This document shows positions 1-8,799 of a stretch of DNA of 35,143 nt, piece by piece. The position numbers and the translations under genes were made by a program. Every line of letters begins with the position of its first letter. Within the stretch, counting starts at the first letter, position 1. Location: NCBI GenBank assembly GCA_964548795.1, contig CAZJSO010000005.1, forward strand, positions 1 to 35,143. The letters are read 5' to 3'. Origin of the DNA: an uncultured Dehalococcoidia bacterium. GTDB taxonomy: Bacteria; Chloroflexota; Dehalococcoidia; SZUA-161; SpSt-899. The notes below the pieces were generated by a model, which saw nothing but the letters and a program-made list of their open reading frames with translations, did no database searches and had not been told where the DNA came from.

Positions 1-283
1 GCTCGGACTTCGAGAGCTCATACTGCTCGGCGGTGAGATAGGCTGAAAAGGGGTCACCCAGAGCCTGGACCATGCCCCGGATGGCCCCCTGAATAAGCTT
101 ATGCTGATCCAGTCCCCTGGCATCCACATAGTCCTTCGAGACTATCTTCCAGGCCTCATTCACTAAATCTAATCCCTGGGGCGACTTTGGAGAAGGGTGG
201 CCAATCCCGCAGGCAAGGCCTAACAGCGAAAGGATCAGAATGAGAGGGACTCCATATTTAACTAATCTAACCAATCTTGCCAT
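1..283 (-). CDS. C-terminal processing (S41/Ctp-type) peptidase, N-terminal fragment; the gene runs off the left edge
   Basis: Absent from the ORF track because there is no stop in the window. ATG at 283..281 is preceded by AGGAGGG on the minus strand. My translation is MARLVRLVKYGVPLILILSLLGLACGIGHPSPKSPQGLDLVNEAWKIVSKDYVDARGLDQHKLIQGAIRGMVQALGDPFSAYLTAEQYELSKSE. This is a hydrophobic signal anchor followed by the N-terminal helix region typical of Ctp/Prc peptidases (AI.GM...L.DP.S.YL). Confidence 0.6.
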   Translation of the reverse strand, partial: MARLVRLVKYGVPLILILSLLGLACGIGHPSPKSPQGLDLVNEAWKIVSKDYVDARGLDQHKLIQGAIRGMVQALGDPFSAYLTAEQYELSKSE

Positions 284-440
284 CGGCTCCCTCCTTTAGT
301 GAGTTTAGCAAATTCTAAATTTCGGACTGGGCATAAAGATATTAACACCCTTCGATCTAAGGAACAACTATAAGCCTTAGAGGCAAGCATCATTGGGGGT
401 GGCTGAGGCCTTAAGTCCTGAACAACAGTGGATTTAGTTT

Positions 441-1226
441 TTAATTACTCTGGCCAACTACAAAATTTCTCAGAGTTCCAATCTTCTCTATTCTGACTTC
501 AACTACATCGCCTGGATTCATACGGCCGATGCCTGAAGGAGTACCAGTGGCGATGACATCGCCTGGCAGCAGCGTCATTATGCCTGAGATGAAGCTCACC
601 AACTTGGGCACCCCGAAGATAAGATCGCTAGTCCGGGCAGATTGCCGAAGCTCGCCATTGAGGTAGGTCTCCAGCTTTAGGTCATCCGGAGCCACTTCGG
701 TCTCGATCCAAGGTCCTAAAGGCGCAAAGGTATCATAACCTTTGGCTCTGGTCCACTGGCCGTCTTCCCTTTGATTGTAGCGCTCCGAGACGTCATTAAA
801 ACAGGTGTAACCCATCACGTAGCCCTTTGCCCTATCCTCCGGCACATCCTTGGCTCTCCTGCCGATCACCACGCCCAGCTCGCCTTCGTAATCCACGCGC
901 CTCGACGAGCGGGGCAGGATGATTGCACCCTCAGGGCCTATGACGGCGGTGGGCGGTTTGAGGAAAATGAGCGGTACGGAGGGTAAAGTAAGTTTGGTCT
1001 CCTCGGCATGACTGCGATAATTTAGCCCCAAGCAGACTATCTTTGAGGGAAGGCAGGGGGCAAGTAGTCTTACCCTCTTTAGCTCGTAGCTGTCTTCGTC
1101 AACGCTAAGGGAGCCACCAGGGCCTTTGAAATGAGCGAAGGGGCTGCCCCGTAAGCTACGTATGACCTCACCTTCCAATACCCCGTACTTAACCTTCCGC
1201 TGGACAGCAAAACGCACAATACGCAA
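441..1226 (-). CDS. Fumarylacetoacetate hydrolase (FAH) family protein (2-keto-4-pentenoate hydratase / oxaloacetate decarboxylase-like)
   Basis: 261-aa ORF with the typical FAH-family pattern (CLGLNYRSHAEE, DYEGELGVVIG, GDVIATGTPSGIG). TTG start at 1226 is preceded by GGAGAGGAG. Confidence 0.85.
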   Translation of the reverse strand: MRIVRFAVQRKVKYGVLEGEVIRSLRGSPFAHFKGPGGSLSVDEDSYELKRVRLLAPCLPSKIVCLGLNYRSHAEETKLTLPSVPLIFLKPPTAVIGPEGAIILPRSSRRVDYEGELGVVIGRRAKDVPEDRAKGYVMGYTCFNDVSERYNQREDGQWTRAKGYDTFAPLGPWIETEVAPDDLKLETYLNGELRQSARTSDLIFGVPKLVSFISGIMTLLPGDVIATGTPSGIGRMNPGDVVEVRIEKIGTLRNFVVGQSN

Positions 1227-1292
1227 AGCTATCTCCTCTCCATGAGTATTACAGAGGGTTGCAATAGAAGGAACGAATTCCCTTTTTTATCG

Positions 1293-1367
1293 TGGAGCGG
1301 GAGACGGGATTCGAACCCGCGACCACCTGCTTGGAAGGCAGGAACTCTACCGCTGAGTTACTCCCGC
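1293..1367 (-). tRNA. tRNA-Gly (anticodon UCC), 75 nt with genome-encoded CCA
   Basis: Minus-strand read is GCGGGAG TA ACTC AGCGGTA GAGT T CCTGC CTTCCAA GCAGG TGGTC GCGGG TTCGAAT CCCGT CTCCCGC T CCA. It folds as a perfect cloverleaf with a 7-bp acceptor stem, a GTTCGAATC T-loop and anticodon loop CU-UCC-AA. Confidence 0.92.
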
Positions 1368-1409
1368 TCTATAATCTACAAGCTCTCGGCCGCTGGAGCT
1401 TGCAGTAGA

Positions 1410-1439
1410 ATTATAATAAAAAGTCCGAAGGTTCTACAA
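1410..1439 (-). promoter_or_regulatory. Candidate sigma70-type promoter for tRNA-Gly (TTGTAG - 18 nt - TATAAT), overlapping the truB stop codon
   Basis: Minus strand has TTGTAG at 1439..1434 and TATAAT at 1415..1410. Based on hexamer match only. Confidence 0.3.
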
Positions 1440-2324
1440 TCCCTCGGCGAAAACCTTCTCGGGATGCCATAGCCCTCTATCTGGCTGGAAATGGAGTACG
1501 GCGAGCAACTTCCCTTCGGCAGAATAGGCACGGCAGAATTTCCCCTCTACGCCAGCCAAGGCTAGGGATTGGCCAGCGATTATGGCCTTCTTATCCCCAT
1601 CGCTAACTATAGCCGCGTCAAGGTGGGACAGCGCTACATCGAGCGGGTGCAGGTAAGTTTGCCCGTATCCCTGGCGGAAGGCCTCCTCGAGCTCCTCGGG
1701 TGAGACCGCCCCCTCCAGTCTGAAGGGGCCACTTTGAAGGCGAACCAGCTTCTTCAAGCAAGCCCCGCATCCTAGAACCTGGCCCAGGTCATGGGCCAGG
1801 GAGCGAATATATGTCCCCTTCCCACACTCCACTTCTATCGCCAGGAAGGGATTCTCCCATCTCAGGATCTCCAGGCGGAACACTTCGACCTTCCGGGGCT
1901 TTCGAGCCACCTCCATGCCGACCCGGGCAAGTTTATAAAGAGGCCTGCCGCGGCGTTTCACCGCACTGTACATTGGAGGAATTTGCTCAATCTCGCCACG
2001 AAAGCGAGTGAGGGCCCTCTCTACCTGTTCCAGACTCAGGGAGGAGGCATCTCCCACCTTTGTTATCTCCCCTGTAGCATCGTAGGTGGTGGTCACTATC
2101 CCTAGCTCTATATCAGCTTGATAGACCTTAGGGGCTGCACTAAGGAATTCTGCCACCCTGGTCCCCTGCCCCAGGCAAATGGGTAATACCCCGCTGGCCT
2201 CGGGGTCTAGCGTTCCGGCGTGCCCCACTCGCTTTTCCCCAGTAAGCCGACGTACCAGGGCTACCATCTGAAAGGACGTCCTACCTGGTGGTTTATTGAG
2301 GTTTATAATGCCATTGATCTTCAA
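1434..2324 (-). CDS. truB: tRNA pseudouridine-55 synthase
   Basis: 296-aa ORF containing NLNKPPGRTS and the GHAGTLDP catalytic-Asp motif. It sits in conserved infB-rbfA-truB synteny. TTG start lies 6 nt after the rbfA stop. Confidence 0.92.
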   Translation of the reverse strand: MKINGIINLNKPPGRTSFQMVALVRRLTGEKRVGHAGTLDPEASGVLPICLGQGTRVAEFLSAAPKVYQADIELGIVTTTYDATGEITKVGDASSLSLEQVERALTRFRGEIEQIPPMYSAVKRRGRPLYKLARVGMEVARKPRKVEVFRLEILRWENPFLAIEVECGKGTYIRSLAHDLGQVLGCGACLKKLVRLQSGPFRLEGAVSPEELEEAFRQGYGQTYLHPLDVALSHLDAAIVSDGDKKAIIAGQSLALAGVEGKFCRAYSAEGKLLAVLHFQPDRGLWHPEKVFAEGL

Positions 2325-2330
2325 GGCCGG

Positions 2331-2687
2331 CTACGAGGGTGGGTTATCCTGAGCCAGTCTCTCCATGAGCTGGAGCAAATGACTACCACGTTCAATGGAA
2401 TCGTCTTTTTGAAACTGAAGTTCGGGGGTATAACGTAGAGAAAGTCGTTCACCCAGCCTTTGCCGAAGGAAGCCAGAGGCCGAGGCTAGTCCAGCGAAGG
2501 CCCTTTCCCTCTCCTCCTCATCTCCCAGGATGCTGATGAACACCTTAGCCTGTTTAAGGTCGGCGGAAATATCTACCTCGGTGATGCTAATTATGCCCTT
2601 CAAGCGGGGATCATTGACCTCACGAGTGAGCAAATCGCTAAGTTCTCGCTGTATCAAGTGGTTAATCTGTTTCAAGCGCCGGCTCAT
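2331..2687 (-). CDS. rbfA: Ribosome-binding factor A
   Basis: 118 aa with RbfA-like sequence (RLKQINHLIQRELSDLL...DPRL..ISITEVDISADLK.AKVF). ATGA overlap with the infB stop. Confidence 0.9.
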   Translation of the reverse strand: MSRRLKQINHLIQRELSDLLTREVNDPRLKGIISITEVDISADLKQAKVFISILGDEEERERAFAGLASASGFLRQRLGERLSLRYTPELQFQKDDSIERGSHLLQLMERLAQDNPPS

Positions 2688-4438
2688 CTTTTCTCCTTTC
2701 GGTAGAACTCAATCAGGTCGCCAACTTGAAAATCGGAAAAGCCTTCGAGTCCAACCCCACATTCGGAGCCAGCCGGCATTTCAGCGACATTTTCCCTAAA
2801 GTGCCTCAGGCTGCTGACGACAGAATCATGGATTACTTCACCCTGACGAATAACCTTCGCTTGAGTCCCACGGGCTGCTTTACCATCGAGTACATATACC
2901 CCGGCTACCTTCCCCTGCCTCAGTTGAAACACAGCTCGAACTTCAGCATGTCCCTCAACCACCTCCACATAGCTAGGTTTGAGCAAGCCGGCCAAAGCTT
3001 TCTGAATATCATCGAGCAGTTCGTAGATCACTTGGTAGTGGCGGACCTCCACTCCCTCCTGCTCAGCCAATTTCTTGGCCCCTGGCTCGATGCGGGCGTT
3101 GAAGCCAATAATGATAGCCTGAGAGGCCAGGGCTAACATAACATCATTCTCAGTGATACTCCCAATGCCAGCGTGAATGACCCTCACCCTCACATTCCCC
3201 AGTTCAAGCTGCTCCAGGGAGCCTCTGATGGCCTCTACGCTCCCTTGGGTGTCAGCTTTGAGGACGATGGTAAGCCCTGTGGCCTCACCTACTCGGATCT
3301 GGGAGGAGAAATCGCTTAAAGTGGTGACCTTAGCCCGAAGCTCTTCTTGCCCCCTCAACTTCTCCCCCACCAGAGCTTTGGCCTCTTTCTCACTGGACAC
3401 CACAGCGAAGGGGTCACCAGCCTGGGGAATACTGACCAAGCCCAGAATCTCTGCCGGGGTGGAGGGTCCAGCTTCCTCCAAGCGTTTCCCATTCTCGTCA
3501 AACATGGCTCTCACCTTCCCCCAGCAGGTATTCCCCACCACCACAACATCCCCCACTCGGAGGGTGCCATCTTGAACTATAACTGTGGCCAGAGGACCCC
3601 GGCTTGGGTCCAGCCTAGATTCGATCACCGCACCTTTGGCTACTGCCTCAGGGTCAGCTTTAAGCTCGGCCATCTCCGCAACCAAGAGGAGACTATCTAA
3701 CAGGTCAGGAATACCCTGGCCTGTCTTAGCGGACACAGCTATGCAGACTATGTCACCACCCCACTCCTCAACTACCACCCCTTTTTCTGCCAATTGCCTT
3801 TTAGCCTTCTCAGGATCAGCATTGGCCTTATCAATCTTGTTAATGGCCACCACCAGGGGAACTCCGGCTGCTCGGGCATGATCTATGGCTTCGAGGGTCT
3901 GCGGCATGACGCCATCGTCAGCTGCTACCACTAGCACAGCTACATCGGTCACCTTAGCCCCCCGTGCCCGTAGGGCAGTGAAGGCCTCATGCCCTGGAGT
4001 ATCGATGAAGGTGAGCTTGTGGCCTTGAAACTCTACTTGATAAGCACCGATATGTTGGGTAATAGCTCCAGGTTCAGCAGCAGTGAGATTACTCTGTCGA
4101 ATGTAATCCAGCAAGCTCGTTTTGCCATGGTCAACATGGCCCAGGATCGTGATCACTGGCGGCCGAGGTTTTTGAGCAGCTATTTCCCCCTTAGGAATCG
4201 GGCGCTCCACAGTCTCCCTCTCCGGCAGCTTAAGCCGTGCTTCATAGCCGAAGCTTCTAGCTGCAGAAGCTGCGCTTTCGTAATCAATTACCTGGTTCAA
4301 TCCAGCCATGACCCCCTGGCGCATGAGCTGCTTAATCAACCCAATGGGGCTAACGCCCAAGAGATCAGCCAATTGCCTCACCGTTAGGGCCCGAGGAAGA
4401 GCTACAGTCTTGGAGACTTTTTGATCTGCCACTTTCAA
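2684..4438 (-). CDS. infB: Translation initiation factor IF-2 (short form, 584 aa)
   Basis: IF2_N helix ([22 protein letters not shown]) and GTPase motifs [14 protein letters not shown] and NKID. TTG start overlaps the ylxR stop (TTGA). Confidence 0.95.
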   Translation of the reverse strand: MKVADQKVSKTVALPRALTVRQLADLLGVSPIGLIKQLMRQGVMAGLNQVIDYESAASAARSFGYEARLKLPERETVERPIPKGEIAAQKPRPPVITILGHVDHGKTSLLDYIRQSNLTAAEPGAITQHIGAYQVEFQGHKLTFIDTPGHEAFTALRARGAKVTDVAVLVVAADDGVMPQTLEAIDHARAAGVPLVVAINKIDKANADPEKAKRQLAEKGVVVEEWGGDIVCIAVSAKTGQGIPDLLDSLLLVAEMAELKADPEAVAKGAVIESRLDPSRGPLATVIVQDGTLRVGDVVVVGNTCWGKVRAMFDENGKRLEEAGPSTPAEILGLVSIPQAGDPFAVVSSEKEAKALVGEKLRGQEELRAKVTTLSDFSSQIRVGEATGLTIVLKADTQGSVEAIRGSLEQLELGNVRVRVIHAGIGSITENDVMLALASQAIIIGFNARIEPGAKKLAEQEGVEVRHYQVIYELLDDIQKALAGLLKPSYVEVVEGHAEVRAVFQLRQGKVAGVYVLDGKAARGTQAKVIRQGEVIHDSVVSSLRHFRENVAEMPAGSECGVGLEGFSDFQVGDLIEFYRKEKR

Positions 4439-4758
4439 TTCCTTTCTTCTTTTGGAGGAAGCTCTCCGCTGTATTCTAGAAGATATGCCCGAACTTCAGG
4501 GGGAATCTCGGTCTTCAAGGCCCAAGCCAGGCGATTTTTCCGGTCCCTTCTGAGAGCTGTTTCCCAGCATCTCTTTGAGCGGCATAGATAAACCCCGCGG
4601 CCGCTTTTCTTGCCCCCAAGGTCTATCTCAACATTACCCTCAACAGTTCGAACAATGCGAACTAACTCCCATTTGGGAAGCTTCCTGCCGCAGGCAACAC
4701 AGGTACGCTCCGGGATATGCCTTTTACCTTGGGACATTCTTTTTTCGAGATTAACCAA
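4435..4758 (-). CDS. ylxR: YlxR/RnpM (DUF448) RNA-binding protein; start uncertain (TTG 4758 or ATG 4737)
   Basis: Contains the signature RTCVACG...ELVR. Located between nusA and infB as in Firmicutes-type operons. No clear SD precedes either start. Confidence 0.8.
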   Translation of the reverse strand: MVNLEKRMSQGKRHIPERTCVACGRKLPKWELVRIVRTVEGNVEIDLGGKKSGRGVYLCRSKRCWETALRRDRKNRLAWALKTEIPPEVRAYLLEYSGELPPKEERN

Positions 4759-4821
4759 GATAGGGCTTCAGCACCCTTTAAGGAGGCAGCAAAGCCGAGG
4801 TTTTTGAAGTAGCCTTGGGGG

Positions 4822-6165
4822 TTACTCGTATTCCTCTTCCTCAGGCAGAACCCTCCGCGGCTTACCCTTCTTCTTGGGTTTAGCTCCTTCCGCCTTTTTC
4901 TCCTTCTTTTTCTCCTTTTCCTTCTCCTTAGAAGGAGAAGGCCGGGTGATCTCTGGAAGAATATCTTCAGCAAAGCGGATGGCGGACTTGGCTGCTGGTA
5001 CCTCTTCTTTCTCCGCTTCTTCCTCTGCCAGAGCTTCTGGCCCCAGAGGTACCTCCTCAGCTTCCCGGCGAAGTTCTTCCTCGGCCAAGCGGGCTGCTTC
5101 CTCCTCAGCCCGGCGAGCTGCCTGCTCCTGCTCAAACAGACTGACGCTCTTGATGTCAACCTTCCAGCCAGTGAGCTTGGCTGCCAGCCGGGCATTCTGT
5201 CCCTCACGCCCAATCGCTAGTGAAAGCTGGCTATCAGGCACAATAACCAGCGCCGCTCCCTCCTCTAAGTCGAGCTCCACGCGATTCACCCGAGCCGGGC
5301 TGAGGGCGTTAGATACGAAGATGCGGGGGTCATCATGCCAGCGGATGACATCTATCTTCTCACCCTGCAGCTCATTAACTATGTTCTGTATTCTGACGCC
5401 ACGGAGCCCGATGCAGGAGCCCACCGGGTCAACTCCTTCTTGACGTTCGACCACTGCCACCTTGCTTCGAGAGCCTGGGTCACGGGCAATCCCTTTTATC
5501 TCCACCGTTCCATTGGCGACTTCAGGTATCTCCAGCTCGAAGAGGCAGCGTACTAGATTTGGGTGAGTCCGGGATAATATTAGCTGTGGGCCTTTACTGG
5601 TTTGATTTACCTCTAACAGGTAGAACCGGAGCCTTTGGCCCACTCGGTAGTGTTCTGTTCTAACCTGCTCGGCAGGGGGGAGTATTCCCTCTACCTTTCC
5701 CAGGTCGACCACTATCTGGCGAGCTTCTACTCGCTCCACCACCCCGCTCAGTATCTCCCCCTCCCGGCTGGCAAACTCACCGGAGATAAACTCTTGCTCC
5801 GCCTCTCGCAGTCTCTGTATGACTATCTGCTTGGCTGTCTGAGCTACAATTCGGCCAGCACCGGGCGGGTTAATCTCAAAGGAGATAACCTCCCCCAACT
5901 CGGCATCCTTTTTTATCTCGCGAGCCTCACCAAGTGAGACCTCTCGACAAGGGTCGGCCACCGACTCCACTACTGTCTTGCGAGCACAGAATTTTATCTC
6001 TCCACTTGCGGGGAAGATGCTCACCGTGAAATCGTGCTTCCCCAGGAAGCTGTCCTTGCGATAGGTAGACTGCAACGCTTGCTCTACCGCTTTGAAAACC
6101 ACCTCCTTAGGCAAGTTGCGTTCGGCCGCCAGCTGTGTTACAGCGAGCAGAAAATCGCTCTTCAT
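4822..6165 (-). CDS. nusA: Transcription termination/antitermination factor NusA with a Lys/Glu-rich C-terminal tail instead of AR1/AR2 domains
   Basis: 447 aa with N-terminal domain, S1 domain and KH1/KH2 (GSCIGLRGVRIQ, AIGREGQNARLA). Strong SD (GAAGGAGG) precedes the ATG at 6165. Confidence 0.95.
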   Translation of the reverse strand: MKSDFLLAVTQLAAERNLPKEVVFKAVEQALQSTYRKDSFLGKHDFTVSIFPASGEIKFCARKTVVESVADPCREVSLGEAREIKKDAELGEVISFEINPPGAGRIVAQTAKQIVIQRLREAEQEFISGEFASREGEILSGVVERVEARQIVVDLGKVEGILPPAEQVRTEHYRVGQRLRFYLLEVNQTSKGPQLILSRTHPNLVRCLFELEIPEVANGTVEIKGIARDPGSRSKVAVVERQEGVDPVGSCIGLRGVRIQNIVNELQGEKIDVIRWHDDPRIFVSNALSPARVNRVELDLEEGAALVIVPDSQLSLAIGREGQNARLAAKLTGWKVDIKSVSLFEQEQAARRAEEEAARLAEEELRREAEEVPLGPEALAEEEAEKEEVPAAKSAIRFAEDILPEITRPSPSKEKEKEKKKEKKAEGAKPKKKGKPRRVLPEEEEYE

Positions 6166-6189
6166 CTCGCTGCCTCCTTCATCCCCTAA

Positions 6190-6215
6190 CTAAAAAAGTG
6201 GGCGCTCACCCACTT
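6190..6215 (-). terminator. Rho-independent terminator-like hairpin in the nusA leader, downstream of the polyferredoxin gene
   Basis: Minus strand reads AAGTGGG-TGAGCG-CCCACTT followed directly by TTTTAG, giving a 7-bp stem, 6-nt loop and a 6-T run. Confidence 0.6.
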
Positions 6216-6228
6216 CCATTCTTAAGGA

Positions 6229-6257
6229 ATATTAACATGTTCTTGGCCAAAATGCAA
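6229..6257 (-). promoter_or_regulatory. Candidate promoter upstream of the nusA leader (TTGCAT - 17 nt - TAATAT)
   Basis: Minus strand has TTGCAT at 6257..6252 and TAATAT at 6234..6229. Based on hexamer match only. Confidence 0.3.
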
Positions 6258-6280
6258 GTGACTTTATGTCAAGAAATTCC

Positions 6281-6766
6281 CTAAAGCTGTACTAGTTTTT
6301 CCAAGGCGGGAAAGAGCCTGGTTACCCCTGCTCTTCGTCTCCTGAAGGCCACCTCATCGGCTGGGAGAAACTCCAGAGCGCCATAAACACAATGTTTAAC
6401 GCACTCCGGATCTCCCTGGCAAAGGTCGCACTTTACGATAAGGCCGCTCTCGGGTTCTATCACCGGGCCTCCAAAGGGACAGATGACTATACACATCCGA
6501 CAGCCAATGCAAAGGTCCTGGTTGAGCACAACAGCGCCGGTTTCCTCATCACGTGATATGGCTCCCATGGGGCAGACATCAAGGCAAAGGGGGTTGGTGC
6601 AATGTTGACAAATCAGGGGCACATTCATTCCCAATTCCGGAACCCATACCGTGCCTATTCTCGCCTGTCCCAGACTGAATGACTCCTCCTTGGCAAAGGA
6701 GCAAGCTAAGGCACAATTACGACACCCAACGCATTTTTCAGGATTCACTAGGATTATTTCCCTCAT
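6281..6766 (-). CDS. Polyferredoxin-type iron-sulfur subunit with four Cys motifs (16 Cys; DmsB/AorA/BamC-like)
   Basis: Motifs are CVGCRNCALAC, CQHCTNPLCLDVCP, CIGCRMCIVICP and CDLCQGDPECVKHC. I prefer the ATG at 6766 (MREIILV) because AAGGGGGTG lies 5 nt upstream. The ORF-track start at 6802 would add 12 aa. Confidence 0.85.
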   Translation of the reverse strand: MREIILVNPEKCVGCRNCALACSFAKEESFSLGQARIGTVWVPELGMNVPLICQHCTNPLCLDVCPMGAISRDEETGAVVLNQDLCIGCRMCIVICPFGGPVIEPESGLIVKCDLCQGDPECVKHCVYGALEFLPADEVAFRRRRAGVTRLFPALEKLVQL

Positions 6767-6849
6767 CTCGACACCCCCTTTTGCCACTTGTTCAGAATTC
6801 ATAGCTCCCGATAATGACGATCGTGATAGAGTCTTTTATAAAAGCTGGT

Positions 6850-8799
6850 TTACAGCCTTCTGCTCGCCTGTTCCAGGTCGGGCAACAGCTCCTCTAAGCC
6901 TAGCTCGAGAAGCTTCCTAGCAGTGGGAATGCCCTTTTTAACGTCCCAACCTCTCTCGTCATAGTAATCATCGAGCCAGCGATCAACGTCCTCTCTGCCA
7001 AGCACTTTGGTGCGATAGTAATCCATGGTGAAGATTTCCTCTCCTTGGGGCGTTCGCATGGGCTCAAACCACTTTTCCGGCGGCTCATCATCTTTCCGGG
7101 AGAATCCCTCCCTAACATTGATAAGTTTGAATAAATTCCACACCCTCTCGGCGCATTTCATAAGCTCCCGAGGGCCGAGTTCCACGCCGGTGGCAGCCGA
7201 GTAAAGTTCAGAGCATATGTTTATGTGATAAAAACGGTTATTCACGTGACGGTTACAAATGCCCAGGCAATTGAAGATAGCTAGCCAATCCTCGGAGGAG
7301 CGGGTGAGTCTTCCCACATTGACCTTAAGTGGCGAACTGAAGGTTCTCTTCACTTGCTCCGGGGACATCCCCATGCGCTCCCCGTGGCGCTTGACCTGCT
7401 CAACGGGCTGGTTAAGCACATAAAGGCCAGTGCCGCCAGACTCAGCATTGGGCCCTCGTGGGTAGACCAACTGGGCAAACTCGTTGGTTCCCAGCCCGGA
7501 GACCCGAGGGTCCCAGATACCATCCCTCCCTTTAATGATAGGGGCCCGTTTTCCTGCATCCTGGCCAATCTGTTCCAGCACTCTCGGCCAGCCATTGGCC
7601 ATCACCTCGCCAAAGCCCTCTCTGAAGGCTACTTTCTCAGCCCAGGTTACAGCGGTGTCAATGCCACGGCTTAATGGCAACCCCCCCACATCCTCACCGG
7701 TAATAATTCCCTCCTCGTGGAGAGTAAGCACAAAATCGAGGAGCTCAGAGAAGCTGAGCTGATCCAGTCCATACCGATCCATGAGATCGGCCAATTTGAC
7801 TGCCTCGCCAATATTTTTCAAGCCGGTACGCCAGGCCATTATGGCCGCATTAAGGTATGAAGCAGTGGACCACTTTAAGCCCTTGTATTTCCCTCGCTTC
7901 ACCTCGAGAATCTCCTTGTCCGCTATAAAGCAGGAAGGGCAGGCGATAGCTTTTTTGCCTAGGGTCTTGTAAGCCTCAAAACCAACCGATTTCTCAAATT
8001 TCTCCAAATCCGGCACTTCAGAGCGGTTCTTGATGTACCCGAATTGAACTCTATAATTCGGCCAGTTCAGCATGATGCCATACCTAACTACCTCCTCACG
8101 GTAGGGATATCTTCTGTCTCTTTCAAAGAGGCTCTCAACCGCTTTCTTGAACCGCTCTGCATGGGCAATCCTCACCACCCCTGTTCCCCTGGCCACCAAG
8201 GCCTTAAGATTCTTGCTGCCCATTATTCCTGCCAGGCCACCGCGGCCCAGTGAGGAAGCATTATCGACCAGGGCCAGGCTAATCCTCACCTGATTTTCCC
8301 CGGCCTGGCCAATAGCGATTACGCCGCAGTCCCCATGTTCCTTCCACAGGGCCTCGGTAGTCTCCACTAGATCCTTCCCCCAGAGATGGCTAGCATCACG
8401 GATTTCAACTGCGCCGCTGGCAATCCTCAGGTAAACTGGGCTACTGGCCCGGCCAATGATGATGATCTGGTCGTAACCAGCCAGCTTAAGCATGAATCCA
8501 AAACGCATAGCACCGCCACCACAGCCAATAGCACCCGTTTGGGGATATTTAGCTGTGGCCAGGACTCGCGGAGTTCCCGGAGCGCCAGTGCCCACCAAGG
8601 GGCCAGAGCCTATTATAAGCGGGCTCTCCGGTGAGAAAGGGTCGATGCCTGGTTTTAACAGCTCATAAAGCCGCTTGAGTTGCAAACCCATGCCGCCCAA
8701 GAACTTGGTCGCCTCTTCTAGATCAAGGGCCTTCTCCCAGACCCTCCGAGTGGTCAGATCCACATAGAGCTCCTTGCCAGCATAACCATAGTAAATCAA
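6850..8799 (-). CDS. Aldehyde:ferredoxin oxidoreductase (AOR) family tungsto/molybdopterin protein, divergent member (AOR1)
   Basis: Shows AOR_N and AOR_C hallmarks (YAGKELYVDL, GLAGIMGSKNLKALVARG, FNCLGIC). I prefer the TTG at 8799 because GGAGGTG lies 4 nt upstream. The ORF-track start at 8814 would place that SD inside the CDS. Confidence 0.85.
   Translation of the reverse strand: MIYYGYAGKELYVDLTTRRVWEKALDLEEATKFLGGMGLQLKRLYELLKPGIDPFSPESPLIIGSGPLVGTGAPGTPRVLATAKYPQTGAIGCGGGAMRFGFMLKLAGYDQIIIIGRASSPVYLRIASGAVEIRDASHLWGKDLVETTEALWKEHGDCGVIAIGQAGENQVRISLALVDNASSLGRGGLAGIMGSKNLKALVARGTGVVRIAHAERFKKAVESLFERDRRYPYREEVVRYGIMLNWPNYRVQFGYIKNRSEVPDLEKFEKSVGFEAYKTLGKKAIACPSCFIADKEILEVKRGKYKGLKWSTASYLNAAIMAWRTGLKNIGEAVKLADLMDRYGLDQLSFSELLDFVLTLHEEGIITGEDVGGLPLSRGIDTAVTWAEKVAFREGFGEVMANGWPRVLEQIGQDAGKRAPIIKGRDGIWDPRVSGLGTNEFAQLVYPRGPNAESGGTGLYVLNQPVEQVKRHGERMGMSPEQVKRTFSSPLKVNVGRLTRSSEDWLAIFNCLGICNRHVNNRFYHINICSELYSAATGVELGPRELMKCAERVWNLFKLINVREGFSRKDDEPPEKWFEPMRTPQGEEIFTMDYYRTKVLGREDVDRWLDDYYDERGWDVKKGIPTARKLLELGLEELLPDLEQASRRL

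Noticed and set aside
1376-1408. A bulged hairpin (CTAC-AAGCTC ... GAGCTT-gca-GTAG) between truB and tRNA-Gly
   Set aside because: It has no T-tract on either strand. It is probably part of the tRNA precursor leader or promoter region, and the evidence is not enough to call it a terminator or regulatory element.
1242-1472. A 76-aa plus-strand ORF
   Set aside because: It is read across the antisense of tRNA-Gly and the truB 3' end. The tRNA cloverleaf fully explains the region.
4920-4941. A perfect 10-bp inverted repeat CCTTCTCCTT-AG-AAGGAGAAGG inside nusA
   Set aside because: It lies within the coding low-complexity KE tail, where purine and pyrimidine runs meet, and has no T-tract. It is most simply a by-product of the biased sequence.
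4662-5443. ORFs of 183 aa (minus) and 189 aa (plus) over the nusA 3' region
   Set aside because: Both are alternative-frame readings of the purine/pyrimidine-biased DNA that encodes the NusA KE-rich tail. Their products are Arg/Lys or Ser homopolymer-like.
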